64,000 nucleotides of DNA from an uncultured Myxococcales bacterium (GCA_964473255.1 CAYYOT010000018.1:1153-65152), one strand, 5' to 3'; positions 9,787-19,648 are shown, numbered from the stretch's first letter. The notes: generated by a model not told the origin, from the letters alone. Numbers and translations are program-made.

Positions 9787-10484
9787 CGCTGGTGGAGATT
9801 CGGAATCTGACCAAAGTCTACGGCTCCGGCGAGACCGCACTCACGGTCCTGAAGGACCTCGATCTCGACGTGTCCAGCTCGGAGATCGTCGCCCTGTGCG
9901 GCCCGTCCGGTTCGGGCAAATCAACGCTCTTGAACATCATCGGGTGTCTCGACCGCCCCACGTCGGGCAGCTACCATCTCGCCGGGCGAGACGTCTCGAC
10001 TCTCGACCGCGCTGCTCAAGCGGCGATGCGGCTGGGTTACTTGGGCTTCATCTTCCAGTCGTTTCACCTGCTCTCGGACATGACGGCCATCGAGAATGCG
10101 ATGCTGCCGCTCCAGTACGCCGGAATCGCACCCCAGGAGCGACGTACGCGGGCGGCCGCCATGCTGGAGCGCGTGGGCCTCGCCGACCGGATGGACCACC
10201 GACCGAGCGAACTCTCCGGTGGTCAGAAGCAGCGCGTGGCCATCGCCCGCGCCTGCGTGACCTCCCCCAAGGTCCTGCTCGCGGACGAGCCCACCGGTGC
10301 CCTCGACTCGAAGACGGGGGTCGCCGTTCTCGAGATGCTGAGCGAGCTTCATGCCGAGCGCGGCCTGACCGTGATCATCGTGACCCATGACGAACACGTG
10401 GCGGAGTGGGCGCATCGACGCATCGACCTTCTGGACGGTCGCATCCTGCAGGACCGCAATTCGCGGGCCGCGGAGATCTCGTGA
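9783..10484 (+). CDS. ABC transporter ATP-binding protein (MacB/LolD type)
   Basis: GPSGSGKST, LSGGQKQRVAIAR, LLADEPTGALD, VTHD. Confidence 0.95.
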   Translation: MTLVEIRNLTKVYGSGETALTVLKDLDLDVSSSEIVALCGPSGSGKSTLLNIIGCLDRPTSGSYHLAGRDVSTLDRAAQAAMRLGYLGFIFQSFHLLSDMTAIENAMLPLQYAGIAPQERRTRAAAMLERVGLADRMDHRPSELSGGQKQRVAIARACVTSPKVLLADEPTGALDSKTGVAVLEMLSELHAERGLTVIIVTHDEHVAEWAHRRIDLLDGRILQDRNSRAAEIS

Positions 10485-11788
10485 GGCTGCTCCTCGCGAT
10501 CTTCGTGGGCTTCACCATTTCGCCCACGCCGGTGCGAGCCGAAGTCGTGACCCTTTCCTCCCTGCGCGACAAGGCGCTCGAGGACCATCCGGACCTGGCG
10601 GCCGAGGCAGCGCGTCGGGTGCAGGCAGAGGCCCAAATCGCCTCGGCGCAGACCGGACAAAAGCCTCGGATCGAAGGAGTTGCCGAACTGACCGGCGCCC
10701 CGGGCGGACAGCTGGTGACGATCCCGGAAGACCTAGCGGGAGGCCCGCCCCTCCAGGTCTCCGGTGCCCGAGCCTTCAACGACACGACGTTCGCCGAAGC
10801 GCTCGCGCCGAACGCTCGGTACTCAGCGCGAATTCAACTCGACTGGAACCTCTATGACTTCGGCCGCACGGCGGCACGGGTGCGCGCCGCGCGCGCCGAA
10901 GCCCGGGCTCGAAGGGCCGACGAAGCCGCCACCGCCGCCGAGCTCCTCGATGCGATCGATCAAGCATATCTGGATTGGCTGACCGCGTACGAACAGGCGC
11001 GCCTGCAGCAGGCGGCGACGCAGCGTCTCGACGAGCGTCTGGAGCGCTTGACGGCCCGGCGCGACGCCGGAGCGGCGGCGGATTCGGAGCTATGGCCGGC
11101 GAAGACGGCCCTCGCCGCCCAGCGGATCCGGACCGCCCGGGCCGAGGAAGGTCTACTGCAGGCGAGGTTGACCCTGGAGGAGGCGACCCAAACCCGGCTG
11201 GACGACGATGCCGAACCCGACCGGACCCTTCTCGAGCTCGGGACCGAACCCGATGACGAAACCGCTCCGTCGACCAAGGAGGCGGAGGCGCTGGCGGCCC
11301 GGGCCTCGGCGGCGAGGACCCAAGCGCGGGTCCACGAACGCCGTCATGCGCCGCGTCTGAGCGCCGGAGCCGACGTTGGTATTCGTGGCCAGATCGACTC
11401 CATTTTCCCGGCTTACCGGGGGACAGTCGGCCTCACCTTTCCGCTGTGGGACGGCGGGCAAGAAGTGAATCGCGCCCGAGAACGTCATGCGGAGGCAGAA
11501 GCCCTGGAGGCCCAGCTCGAGCGCGTTCAGACCGCGGCGGAGCGCCGCAGCCAGCGCAATCGCCTGGCGTTGCGAGAGGCCCGGCGCCGGGTAGGGCTCG
11601 CGGGAGAGTATGCCGAAACCGCCGCCGCGCGCCTGGCCGACGTCGCTTCGCGCGAAGACGCATCGCCGGCGTGGCAGGATGAGCTGCAGCGCGCCGAAGA
11701 GACCCGAGACGATGCGGCGCTACAGCTGCTCGTGGCCCGCGTCGACCGCGCGTACGCCGCTCTTCGTCTGGGCTCGGCTCCGCGTTGA
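10481..11788 (+). CDS. TolC family outer membrane efflux protein
   Basis: Signal peptide from GTG 10481 (GTGA overlap); two OEP repeats ending WNLYDFG and FPLWDGG. Confidence 0.85.
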   Translation: MRLLLAIFVGFTISPTPVRAEVVTLSSLRDKALEDHPDLAAEAARRVQAEAQIASAQTGQKPRIEGVAELTGAPGGQLVTIPEDLAGGPPLQVSGARAFNDTTFAEALAPNARYSARIQLDWNLYDFGRTAARVRAARAEARARRADEAATAAELLDAIDQAYLDWLTAYEQARLQQAATQRLDERLERLTARRDAGAAADSELWPAKTALAAQRIRTARAEEGLLQARLTLEEATQTRLDDDAEPDRTLLELGTEPDDETAPSTKEAEALAARASAARTQARVHERRHAPRLSAGADVGIRGQIDSIFPAYRGTVGLTFPLWDGGQEVNRARERHAEAEALEAQLERVQTAAERRSQRNRLALREARRRVGLAGEYAETAAARLADVASREDASPAWQDELQRAEETRDDAALQLLVARVDRAYAALRLGSAPR

Positions 11789-13066
11789 CGCCACCTCCTC
11801 GGCGACCTCGTCGAGAAGTCCCGCGAGCCGAGCGGCGGTCGATGCGCTCGAATACCGACGGAGCGCCTCGGGCTGGGCGGTGGGAAAACCGGACAGCGGA
11901 ATGCCGGACAAGGCGCACCAGACACAGGCGATCAGGTGTCGCGCGGCCTCCTCGACCTGGTCCCGCCCGTACATCCGGCCGGTGCCCGTCGTCTTCAGGA
12001 CGTCGGCGACCTCGGGACTGTCGGCGAGAGCCACGATCGGCCGCCCGACCGGAAGGTAGTCGATCAGCTTGGCGGGGAGGATCTCCTCGCGACCGGGCTC
12101 CACGCTCACGAGAAGCAAGTCGGACGTCGACAAGCGCTCAGCGGCCGCTTCGTACGGTACGGCCTCCTCGCTGACGAAGCGGTCGAGCACTCCCGCCTCC
12201 TCGGCGCGCCGGCGATCTTCGCCGGACAGTTCGCCCACCGAGCGAACCTCCAGATTGGAGAACGCCACCGGGTCGAGAGCCCGCACTCGACGGAGTACGT
12301 CGATGGTGCGAGACGCGGAGGACAGCGGTCGAAAGCGGCCGAAGAAGCGAAGTACGAGCCGATCTCCGTAGACCGGGTCCGCCGACCATGCCCGGGGCTC
12401 GCCCGCGTAGGCGTTGGTGATCGTGACCATCTTGGCCGCCCTTCGCGGGCGCGCGGCCGCGTATCGGCTTCGAGTGCGTTCCGCGGTGAACACGATGCGG
12501 TCGGCCGACGCGAGAACGCGCTCCTCGACCTGGCGGTCGAGCGACCGAACCCAGGCCGGTCGATTGCGCCCCCGCACGCCGCAGAGGTTCCAAGGGTCGC
12601 GATAGTCGGCGATCCACGGCCGCCCGAGCCGAATCGCCACCAGCCCCGCCAGCACGTGCGATGACCACGGGTCGGCCGTGCTCCACACGACATCCACTCG
12701 CGAGGCACGAGCGAAGCGGAGGACGCCGGGAAGAGCGGCGAGCAGCGTCGCCAGCCAACCGTCGACCGGGACGACGCCGTCGAGTCGGTCGAGGACCAGC
12801 GATCTTCGCGGGTGCGTGTGCTCCAGACTCGAACCCCCGGCCACCATCGTTCGGTCGCCGGCGCTGCCCACGGCGTGGCGGTCCAGCGCGTCGAGCTGGA
12901 TCGACTCCTCGGCCGTGGCCCTTTCCGTGGGCGTGGCCAGATGGACGACGCGAGGCTCCCACCCCCACTGCGGCAGCTCCCGCGCAAACTTGTAGGGCCG
13001 CAATGAACCCACGCGTCGGCGGGGGGGGAAGTACGGCGCGATCATGAGGACGGAGCGTGGCGCCAT
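11720..13066 (-). CDS. Glycosyltransferase, GT4-like
   Basis: VLMIAPYFPP, PWIADYRDPW, PAKLIDYL; start coupled to the upstream stop (TGATG). Confidence 0.85.
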   Translation of the reverse strand: MAPRSVLMIAPYFPPRRRVGSLRPYKFARELPQWGWEPRVVHLATPTERATAEESIQLDALDRHAVGSAGDRTMVAGGSSLEHTHPRRSLVLDRLDGVVPVDGWLATLLAALPGVLRFARASRVDVVWSTADPWSSHVLAGLVAIRLGRPWIADYRDPWNLCGVRGRNRPAWVRSLDRQVEERVLASADRIVFTAERTRSRYAAARPRRAAKMVTITNAYAGEPRAWSADPVYGDRLVLRFFGRFRPLSSASRTIDVLRRVRALDPVAFSNLEVRSVGELSGEDRRRAEEAGVLDRFVSEEAVPYEAAAERLSTSDLLLVSVEPGREEILPAKLIDYLPVGRPIVALADSPEVADVLKTTGTGRMYGRDQVEEAARHLIACVWCALSGIPLSGFPTAQPEALRRYSSASTAARLAGLLDEVAEEVASTRSRAQTKSGVRAVDAGHEQL

Positions 13067-14100
13067 CACGCGACCTCCTCCACGAGCGTCATTACGGCCT
13101 CCGCGGCGTCCGGTGCCGCCCACGCCCGGAGTTCCGGCGACGGCTGCGGTGCATCCTGCAAAAACCTCGAAAGCCGCTGCTCATTGATCTCGGAAAAAGC
13201 ACAGCCGTCACCCGCCCCAACGGCGCGGAGCATGGCCAAGTTCAGCCGCTGCTCGTCGTCGTCGGCCTGGTGCAGGACGAACAGAGGCTTGTGAAGAGCC
13301 AGGCATTCGCTGATGAGCTGACTCCCCGCCGACGCGACGACCTGATCGCAGCGGCGAAGCTCTTCGATGAAACCGAGCCGGTCTCGCGGACGATACTCGA
13401 CGCCCTTCACGTGACCTCGACCGAACACCAGAATCCGAATGTCGTCTCGGGCAACCCGACGCAGAACCGAAGTAACGTCATCTCCGTTGTCATCGCGGAA
13501 ATAGCACAACACGGTCGGCGAACCAGCCTCCTGTGCCAGCGGGGCCGGCTGGTGAAGACGATCATCGAGAACCGGGCGTGCCAGCACGGTACGCCGGTCA
13601 CGGAGCGGCAGCGGCACGAAGTTGACCGCCACGTAGCCGTCGGCCGGCCAGCTGGAAACCGTGGCCTTTACGGCCTCTCGCAACCAGGATGGTCGGTCCA
13701 GGCTCGGCGGTCGCCGACAGCGACTGAAGACGAGTCCATGGCCCACGGCGATGACGGGGCGCCGGAGGATCTTCGCCGCGATGACGGACGGATGGTCGCC
13801 GTCCGAGACCAGAACGTCGGGCACTTCGTTCCAGCCGGCCCGAACGGCCTGGGCCACTCGACGGACCCCGAGGGTGATCGAGCGAATCCCGGGCCGGGCC
13901 GGCAGGGACTGCACCGCCGTGCAGCTGACCACGACCGGTTGCAGGATCGGCAGTGCGTCTCTGCCCGCGAACACGCGGACCGCATGCCCGCGGTGCTGCA
14001 GGCGGCGAATGATGGCGCGCGAGCGGGTGGCGTGGCCGCGACCGCGGCCATGCACATAGTAGTGGATGATCCGACCGACCCCGGAAGGGGGCGAAGTCAC
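13066..14100 (-). CDS. Glycosyltransferase, GT28-C/MJ1255-like
   Basis: YYVHGRGRGHATRS and ASAGSQLISE...DEQRLN; GTG 14100 overlaps the upstream TGA. Confidence 0.8.
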   Translation of the reverse strand: MTSPPSGVGRIIHYYVHGRGRGHATRSRAIIRRLQHRGHAVRVFAGRDALPILQPVVVSCTAVQSLPARPGIRSITLGVRRVAQAVRAGWNEVPDVLVSDGDHPSVIAAKILRRPVIAVGHGLVFSRCRRPPSLDRPSWLREAVKATVSSWPADGYVAVNFVPLPLRDRRTVLARPVLDDRLHQPAPLAQEAGSPTVLCYFRDDNGDDVTSVLRRVARDDIRILVFGRGHVKGVEYRPRDRLGFIEELRRCDQVVASAGSQLISECLALHKPLFVLHQADDDEQRLNLAMLRAVGAGDGCAFSEINEQRLSRFLQDAPQPSPELRAWAAPDAAEAVMTLVEEVA

Positions 14101-15578
14101 GCGGCCTCGCCCCCCGAAAGCTCGACCGCGTCGGGGACGAGCACCGGTTCGGACGGTATCGAACCCCAGCGGGGGGCCGCGGCCTGACGCCGGTTTAGCT
14201 CGGCGGGCGGCCGAAGCAGGCCGGTCGAGGCTACGAAGGCGTGTACGGCCAACCAACGCGCGGCGAGAGCGGCCGTGGACGCCGACGGTTTGCACAGTGC
14301 GCGGTGACGCTTGGCGCTCTCGAAGGCGTCGTAGTAGCGGTCGATGACGTTGGCCGGGTCCGACCGGCCTGCCGCCGCGCGCTGCGCCATATCGGCCATC
14401 CGCCGCCGACGAGCCGGCTCTCGCATCAGCTTCACGACCTCGGCTCCGTAGCGCTCGTTGCAGACTTCGCGATTCGGACCGTGGGGGAGGAGAATCCCGT
14501 CGCGCCCCGATGCCACCTGCTGGGCAACGCCTGCCTGGTCATCGAAAGCCACCACCGGAAGACCGCAGTACATGGCCTCGCTGACCACCTGGCCGTACGT
14601 CTCGCTGAGCGACCCGTAGAGGAACAGGTCGGCGTGGGCGTACCAGTTGCGAACCTCGCTGACCGGGAACTCCCCGGGAAAGAAGGTCCGGTCTCCGACG
14701 CCCGAACGCTGAGCGCGGGCCTTGAACGCATCGCGGTCGGGGCCATCACCCACGATGGTGAGCGTCGTATTCGGAGCGTGAGGGGCGATGTGGTCGGCGA
14801 AGATGTCGATCAAGCGACCGACGTTCTTTTCGCGAACCTGGCGGCAGAGCAGGAGCAGCCGTCCCCCCCGAGGCGCCATCGGCGAGAACGGGTCGTCGCC
14901 GACCGCACCGGCGCGAACCTCTGGATTGACCGGACGAGGAATGACGTGAATCGGCACGCGAACGCCGAGGTTTCGCCAGTAGTCGACCAGACCCTCGGAC
15001 AGGACGATCAGGCCGTCGCCGTTGTTGTAGGCGCGGACGCTCAGCGACTCGGCCATCGGCACCAAAGATTCGTTGCAGATCTGCTGGACCCGCTCGTTGG
15101 TGCTGAGCGCTTCGGGCAGGATGATGTCGTAGATCCGGTTCAGCATCGCGGTGTTGACGTTGAGCAGCGGGACGCCCTTCTTGGCCCGCAGCCAGACGCC
15201 CGCTTCGGTCAGCATCGAACCCGTCTGTGAGAGGAGGACGTCGAAGTCTTGTGCCGCGAGATCCGAGAACCCGCGGCGCGTCGGGATCGGCAGGTAGAAG
15301 CCGGGATGCGAGCGGAACGGGAGCGACTTCAGCAGAACGCTCCGCTCCGGCAGCTCTTCAGCTCTGCCGTTGGGGTCCTTCGGACCGATCAGCGTGACGT
15401 TGTGACCGCGCTGCTCGAACTGGGCGTGGAGAAACTGGGCCGCGAACACCGAACCCGTGGCGTACGGGATCCGGACATAGTCGTTCAGGATGCCGATGTT
15501 CCTGAACGTCTCCGACTCCGAAGGGAAGGAAGTCTCTTCGAGACGAAGTTGGGGACCTGTTTCAAAGCGGGGCGTCAC
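14097..15578 (-). CDS. Glycosyltransferase family 4 (diacylglycerol glycosyltransferase-like)
   Basis: REKN, VGDGPDR, SETYGQVVSEAMYCGLPVV; start set at GTG 15578, the last in-frame start before the domain and just below a sigma54 promoter. Confidence 0.85.
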   Translation of the reverse strand: MTPRFETGPQLRLEETSFPSESETFRNIGILNDYVRIPYATGSVFAAQFLHAQFEQRGHNVTLIGPKDPNGRAEELPERSVLLKSLPFRSHPGFYLPIPTRRGFSDLAAQDFDVLLSQTGSMLTEAGVWLRAKKGVPLLNVNTAMLNRIYDIILPEALSTNERVQQICNESLVPMAESLSVRAYNNGDGLIVLSEGLVDYWRNLGVRVPIHVIPRPVNPEVRAGAVGDDPFSPMAPRGGRLLLLCRQVREKNVGRLIDIFADHIAPHAPNTTLTIVGDGPDRDAFKARAQRSGVGDRTFFPGEFPVSEVRNWYAHADLFLYGSLSETYGQVVSEAMYCGLPVVAFDDQAGVAQQVASGRDGILLPHGPNREVCNERYGAEVVKLMREPARRRRMADMAQRAAAGRSDPANVIDRYYDAFESAKRHRALCKPSASTAALAARWLAVHAFVASTGLLRPPAELNRRQAAAPRWGSIPSEPVLVPDAVELSGGEAA

Positions 15579-15593
15579 AGCCGGGTGTGGGTT

Positions 15594-15610
15594 CGCACAA
15601 ACGATGCCAG
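15594..15610 (-). promoter_or_regulatory. Putative sigma54 (-24/-12) promoter
   Basis: Minus strand CTGGCATCGTTTGTGCG gives GG-N10-GC with TGGCA at -24, located in the gap upstream of the GT4 gene. Confidence 0.65.
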
Positions 15611-15727
15611 CCCGCAAAGACAACCGCGCCGGGATTCCGGCCGAAAAGGTCGCGGGTTTAACCTTAACGCTGCCGGGATTCAGCCGTAGCCCTGGCTGCA
15701 CACTGTGGCGCAGCCAATACATCGAAC

Positions 15728-16906
15728 TTACCCTTCATGAGGCGCCAGACCAGCAACGAGCTCGGCATAGTGGCGAAAGAGATGCTCGAAATGCTGATCC
15801 AGCGTCCGGACTCGGTGGCGTGCGGCATCCCGGGCGACCGCTCGCATGGACGCGATGTCGCGCACGAGGAGCCGTCGGACCGCGCCGGCACAGGCCATGG
15901 CGTCGCCGGGCGAATAGGTTTCGGCGAAGGCGGGATCGGCGAGGTCGGCAGCGCCCCCGACGCTGGGGACCACGATCGGCAGACCCGCCGCCATCGCTTC
16001 GGCCACCACGAGTCCATACGTTTCGGCGGCCGACCCATGCAGCAGAGCGTCGCCGGTCGCGACCGCCTGCGCGAGCTCCTCTCGATTTCGCGTGTAGCCC
16101 GCCACCACCACCTGCGGGACCTTACGCGCCAGGGCTTCGATCCGCGCTCGTTGCGGGCCGTCGCCGTAGATCGCGAGAGCGGTCGGCGCCCCCCGATTCA
16201 ACTCGGCGACCGCCTCGATCAAGGTCGGCAGACGCTTTTCTGGGTGGTGCCGCGAGACGGTGACCAGCAGCGGTGCATCGCGGGGGACCTTGGCTCGGAC
16301 GAGCAGCTTCGCTCGTAGAGTCCGGTCCGGCCTGGCTCGGGCGAATGGCCCAGCGTCGATCCCGAACGGCACGGCCGCGACCCGAGGGATCGAAAACGAC
16401 GCCAGCCGGTCGCGGAGCCACTCTCCGGCGACGACCGTCGTATCGAAACGCGATGACAGGGAACGGAGATACGACCAGACCGGACCGAACGCGCGGTCGA
16501 TACGGCGCGTCGACACGTAGCGATCGAAAAAACTGTGCCCGAAGACCGCCACTGGATCCTGATGAAAGATGAGACTCTTCAGGCCCGATCCTCGCCAGCG
16601 GGCAACCGACCAGCCGCCGCCGTACACCGACGAACCTTCGATAACGTCCGGAGCTTCGCGCTCGAGGATGCGGTGCACGGTGCGCGGGCGAACGAACAGA
16701 TGGTACCGCGGGTCCCCCGGCACCGGCGGGCTCTTAACCCAGACGACGCGCCCCCCGAGGCGCGCTTCCTCCCCGTCGTCCGCGGCCGGGGCCACCACGA
16801 CGACTTCGTGTCCGAGGGCGCTGCCCGCGCGCAGCTTGTGATCGATGTACGTTTTTACGCCGCCGCCCTTTTCCGCGTAGAACTCGGCGACATCGAGGAC
16901 CTTCAT
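15728..16906 (-). CDS. Glycosyltransferase family 4 (mannosyltransferase-like)
   Basis: AEFYAEKGGGVKTY, EKR, YGDGP, AETYGLVVAEAMAAGLPIV. Confidence 0.9.
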   Translation of the reverse strand: MKVLDVAEFYAEKGGGVKTYIDHKLRAGSALGHEVVVVAPAADDGEEARLGGRVVWVKSPPVPGDPRYHLFVRPRTVHRILEREAPDVIEGSSVYGGGWSVARWRGSGLKSLIFHQDPVAVFGHSFFDRYVSTRRIDRAFGPVWSYLRSLSSRFDTTVVAGEWLRDRLASFSIPRVAAVPFGIDAGPFARARPDRTLRAKLLVRAKVPRDAPLLVTVSRHHPEKRLPTLIEAVAELNRGAPTALAIYGDGPQRARIEALARKVPQVVVAGYTRNREELAQAVATGDALLHGSAAETYGLVVAEAMAAGLPIVVPSVGGAADLADPAFAETYSPGDAMACAGAVRRLLVRDIASMRAVARDAARHRVRTLDQHFEHLFRHYAELVAGLAPHEG

Positions 16907-17005
16907 GCGCGTGCTGCGGCTCGTAGGCTAAGTTGGCCGGTGAGGTCGAGCCCGTTTTGCTGAATGCCGCTGGCGCCCACTCTGACCTTTCGTTAGGCCC
17001 GCTTC

Positions 17006-18016
17006 GTGATCAGCGAGCAGTCGGCGTGGCGGCGCAAACGCGCGTTCGAGGCGAGCCGTGACGGCTTCAACGCCGCGCCCGGACTGAGGAATCCGCACGC
17101 TCAGACGCTCTACGGCACCCTTTTCCGACGGCCGCGCGACCCGGGGTACGCCGTGGAGGAGTGGGAAACACCGGACGACGACTTCATCATCGTCCATCGT
17201 CTCGGCGACGGACGTGGCGCCATCGCCGTACTCCTTCATGGCCTGGAGGGGTCGGCGCGCTCTCCGTACATCGCCGGCATGGCCCACGAGCTCGCGGAGC
17301 TGGGCTATTCGGTCTTCGTCCCCGAACACCGAGGCTGCAGCGAGCGACTCAATCGGGCTCGGCGCCTCTACCACAGCGGCACCACCGACGACCTCGCCTA
17401 CGTGATCCAACGCTTGACCGCGACACATCCCGAGTCCCCGCTCTTCGTCTGCGGGGTGTCTCTCGGCGGAAACCAGCTCGGAAAATGGCTGGGCTCCGAA
17501 TCGGTGCCCGACGCCGTGCGGGCCGCGGCCATCGTCAGTCCACCGTTCGACCTCACCGTGTCGGGCCCCCACCTCGACCGAGCCGGGCGCGTCTACGTCT
17601 TTCATTTCCTTCGCACGCTGATTCCGAAGGCTCTGGCCAAAGAGCGACAGCATCCGGGATGTCTTGATCGGCGAGCCGTGGCCCGTTCGCGAACCTTCGA
17701 CGCCTACGATACCCACGCCACGGCGGCGCTGCACGGATTCCGTGACGCCCAGGACTACTATGGCAAGGTCAGTTGCGGTCAGTTTCTCCCCGCCGTGCGG
17801 ACGCCGACCCTGCTGCTGGCTTCGGCCGACGACCCCTTCAACCCCGGCACGACCCTGCCCCGTCGCACCGCGGACCGATCCCCCTACCTGGTACCGGCCT
17901 TCACCGACCGCGGCGGACACGTGGGATTCATCGCGGGAAGCGCGGGTCGGCCCCAGTACTGGCTGCAGAAGGAGACCATCCGGTTCTTCGAGGCGCACCG
18001 CGGCTGGGAAGACTGA
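17006..18016 (+). CDS. YheT-family alpha/beta hydrolase
   Basis: NPHAQTL, LHGLEGS, YHSG, GVSLGG nucleophile, DDP, GGHVGF. Confidence 0.9.
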   Translation: MISEQSAWRRKRAFEASRDGFNAAPGLRNPHAQTLYGTLFRRPRDPGYAVEEWETPDDDFIIVHRLGDGRGAIAVLLHGLEGSARSPYIAGMAHELAELGYSVFVPEHRGCSERLNRARRLYHSGTTDDLAYVIQRLTATHPESPLFVCGVSLGGNQLGKWLGSESVPDAVRAAAIVSPPFDLTVSGPHLDRAGRVYVFHFLRTLIPKALAKERQHPGCLDRRAVARSRTFDAYDTHATAALHGFRDAQDYYGKVSCGQFLPAVRTPTLLLASADDPFNPGTTLPRRTADRSPYLVPAFTDRGGHVGFIAGSAGRPQYWLQKETIRFFEAHRGWED

Positions 18017-18039
18017 GGAGAAGACGGTAAAGCAGGTTC

Positions 18040-18378
18040 ATGCGGAGCGCGAACCTGCTCCTTCTGGCGCTCTTCGCCCTCGTGGTCGGCGGACTCTGGC
18101 TGCTGCGTCCGCGCTCGTCCGCGCCCGAGCCGGCCGGCGCGGCCAAACCGAGCATCGAAAAGACGCTTGCCCCGGTCGCGGCACCCGAGCCCCTGCCGGA
18201 CGGCAGCGGGACGGTCGTCTTCTCCGACGTCGATGACCCGGATGCGCCCCGTCTCGAGCGCACCGCGGATGGAAAGGTCACGATCACGAACGTCCGCGAA
18301 GACCCTCAGTCCGCGCGCATCGAGCGCGGCTCCGACGGGTCGGTCACGATTTCGAATCGACGCCGCGAAAGCGAATGA
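18040..18378 (+). CDS. Small membrane-anchored hypothetical protein
   Basis: N-terminal TM and two repeats (ERTADGKVTITN / ERGSDGSVTISN); fits between neighbours in the same direction. Confidence 0.6.
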   Translation: MRSANLLLLALFALVVGGLWLLRPRSSAPEPAGAAKPSIEKTLAPVAAPEPLPDGSGTVVFSDVDDPDAPRLERTADGKVTITNVREDPQSARIERGSDGSVTISNRRRESE

Positions 18379-18417
18379 CTACTTGATCCGCAGAGCACGC
18401 TTGCTGATGGTTCCGGC

Positions 18418-18888
18418 ATGCGAGCAGCGGTCATGTGTTTGGTGTTCACGTCCGTCTGTTCGTCGGCGAGTGCCACGGAGGGCGGGACCGCGGACCTCAC
18501 GCCGGAGCAGTCGCGCCGGGCCTCCGGGATCTTCGACTCGACCATGAGCCCCTTCTGCCCGGGAAAGACGCTCGCCTCGTGTCCGAGCGGCAAGGCGACC
18601 GAGTGGCGGGCGGACATTCGAGCCTGGATGGCCGAAGGTCTGTCCGACGACGAGATCCTGGCCCGACTGCAGGCGAAGGTCCCTGGCTTTCAGCTGGAGA
18701 GCACACCTCCGACCGACTGGTCGTGGGCCGGGCCCATCGCCGTGTTCGCACTCCTGACCGCGGCCTTCGTCGTCGGCGGACGCCGCGCGGTCCGGCGCCG
18801 AGACCAGGCAACGGTCGCCGCTTCGAGCGCGACGTCCGAAGAAGACCGGACTCTCCTCGAACACGAACTCCAGCGGCACGACGCCTAG
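18418..18888 (+). CDS. ccmH: CcmH-like cytochrome c biogenesis protein
   Basis: Signal peptide, MSPFCPGKTLASCPS, RADIRAWMAEGLSDDEI, C-terminal TM with WAGP. Confidence 0.7.
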   Translation: MRAAVMCLVFTSVCSSASATEGGTADLTPEQSRRASGIFDSTMSPFCPGKTLASCPSGKATEWRADIRAWMAEGLSDDEILARLQAKVPGFQLESTPPTDWSWAGPIAVFALLTAAFVVGGRRAVRRRDQATVAASSATSEEDRTLLEHELQRHDA

Positions 18889-18892
18889 CTGC

Positions 18893-19645
18893 CTAGGCCG
18901 CAGACTGAATGATGCCCAGGAGGCGACCGCGCGTGACCTGACAGGTGAAGCGCACGCGTCCCGTGGGCAGGCGCGCCACGAACGAGGAGAGTCGCGGTTC
19001 ACGCGAAGCGGCTTTCAGCGCCGACCGAAGCCAGGCGCGGTCCTCGAAGTGAAAGTGGTCGGGGAGGGTGTGCAGCGTGGTGAAGAGACCCGTTTCCGTT
19101 CCGATCAGCCGGTGGAACGCATCGGATCCGACCACCGCTCCCCCTGGCTCGACCCGAAAGTAGCCGAAGCCCGCGAGCCTCTGCACCTCATCGAACTCCC
19201 GCAAGAGATCTTGCGTGAACGTCTGCCTTGCCCACTGGTCCGAGACGTCCTGCACGAAGACCATGATTCGCCGGCTGCCCGCCGTCCCCTCGCCTTTCGC
19301 GCGAAAGGCCAGCGTCCGACCGGTCGGACCGCCGGCGCCCACGCGAACCATGATCGGCTCGCCTTTCGCTTCAAGGAGCGTCTCCGTCGTCAGCAGCTCG
19401 CGATCCTCGGTCCGAAGGTGAGCCAGGAGCCACGACCATGTCCGACGGCCTGCCGCGCGCTCGGCTCCCAGAAGCTCGAACAGATATTCGGATCCCGTGA
19501 TTTCGTCTCGAGCTTCATCCCACTCGAAACCAGCGAACGAGCCCAGAGCCTGAAGTCGGCTCGTCAGGTCCCCTTGCTTTCGGTCGCGTTCCGCAGCGGG
19601 TCCTGGGCTGTCATAGGCCACGGTGATCAGCGGTGCACCCGGCAT
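18893..19645 (-). CDS. Tandem PAS-like domain protein with no output domain
   Basis: Two PAS_3-like units (GFEWDEARDEITGSEYLFELLG...EDR and GFGYFRVEPGGAVVGSDAFHRLIG...HFEDR), DVS linker. Confidence 0.65.
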   Translation of the reverse strand: MPGAPLITVAYDSPGPAAERDRKQGDLTSRLQALGSFAGFEWDEARDEITGSEYLFELLGAERAAGRRTWSWLLAHLRTEDRELLTTETLLEAKGEPIMVRVGAGGPTGRTLAFRAKGEGTAGSRRIMVFVQDVSDQWARQTFTQDLLREFDEVQRLAGFGYFRVEPGGAVVGSDAFHRLIGTETGLFTTLHTLPDHFHFEDRAWLRSALKAASREPRLSSFVARLPTGRVRFTCQVTRGRLLGIIQSAA

Positions 19646-19648
19646 GCC

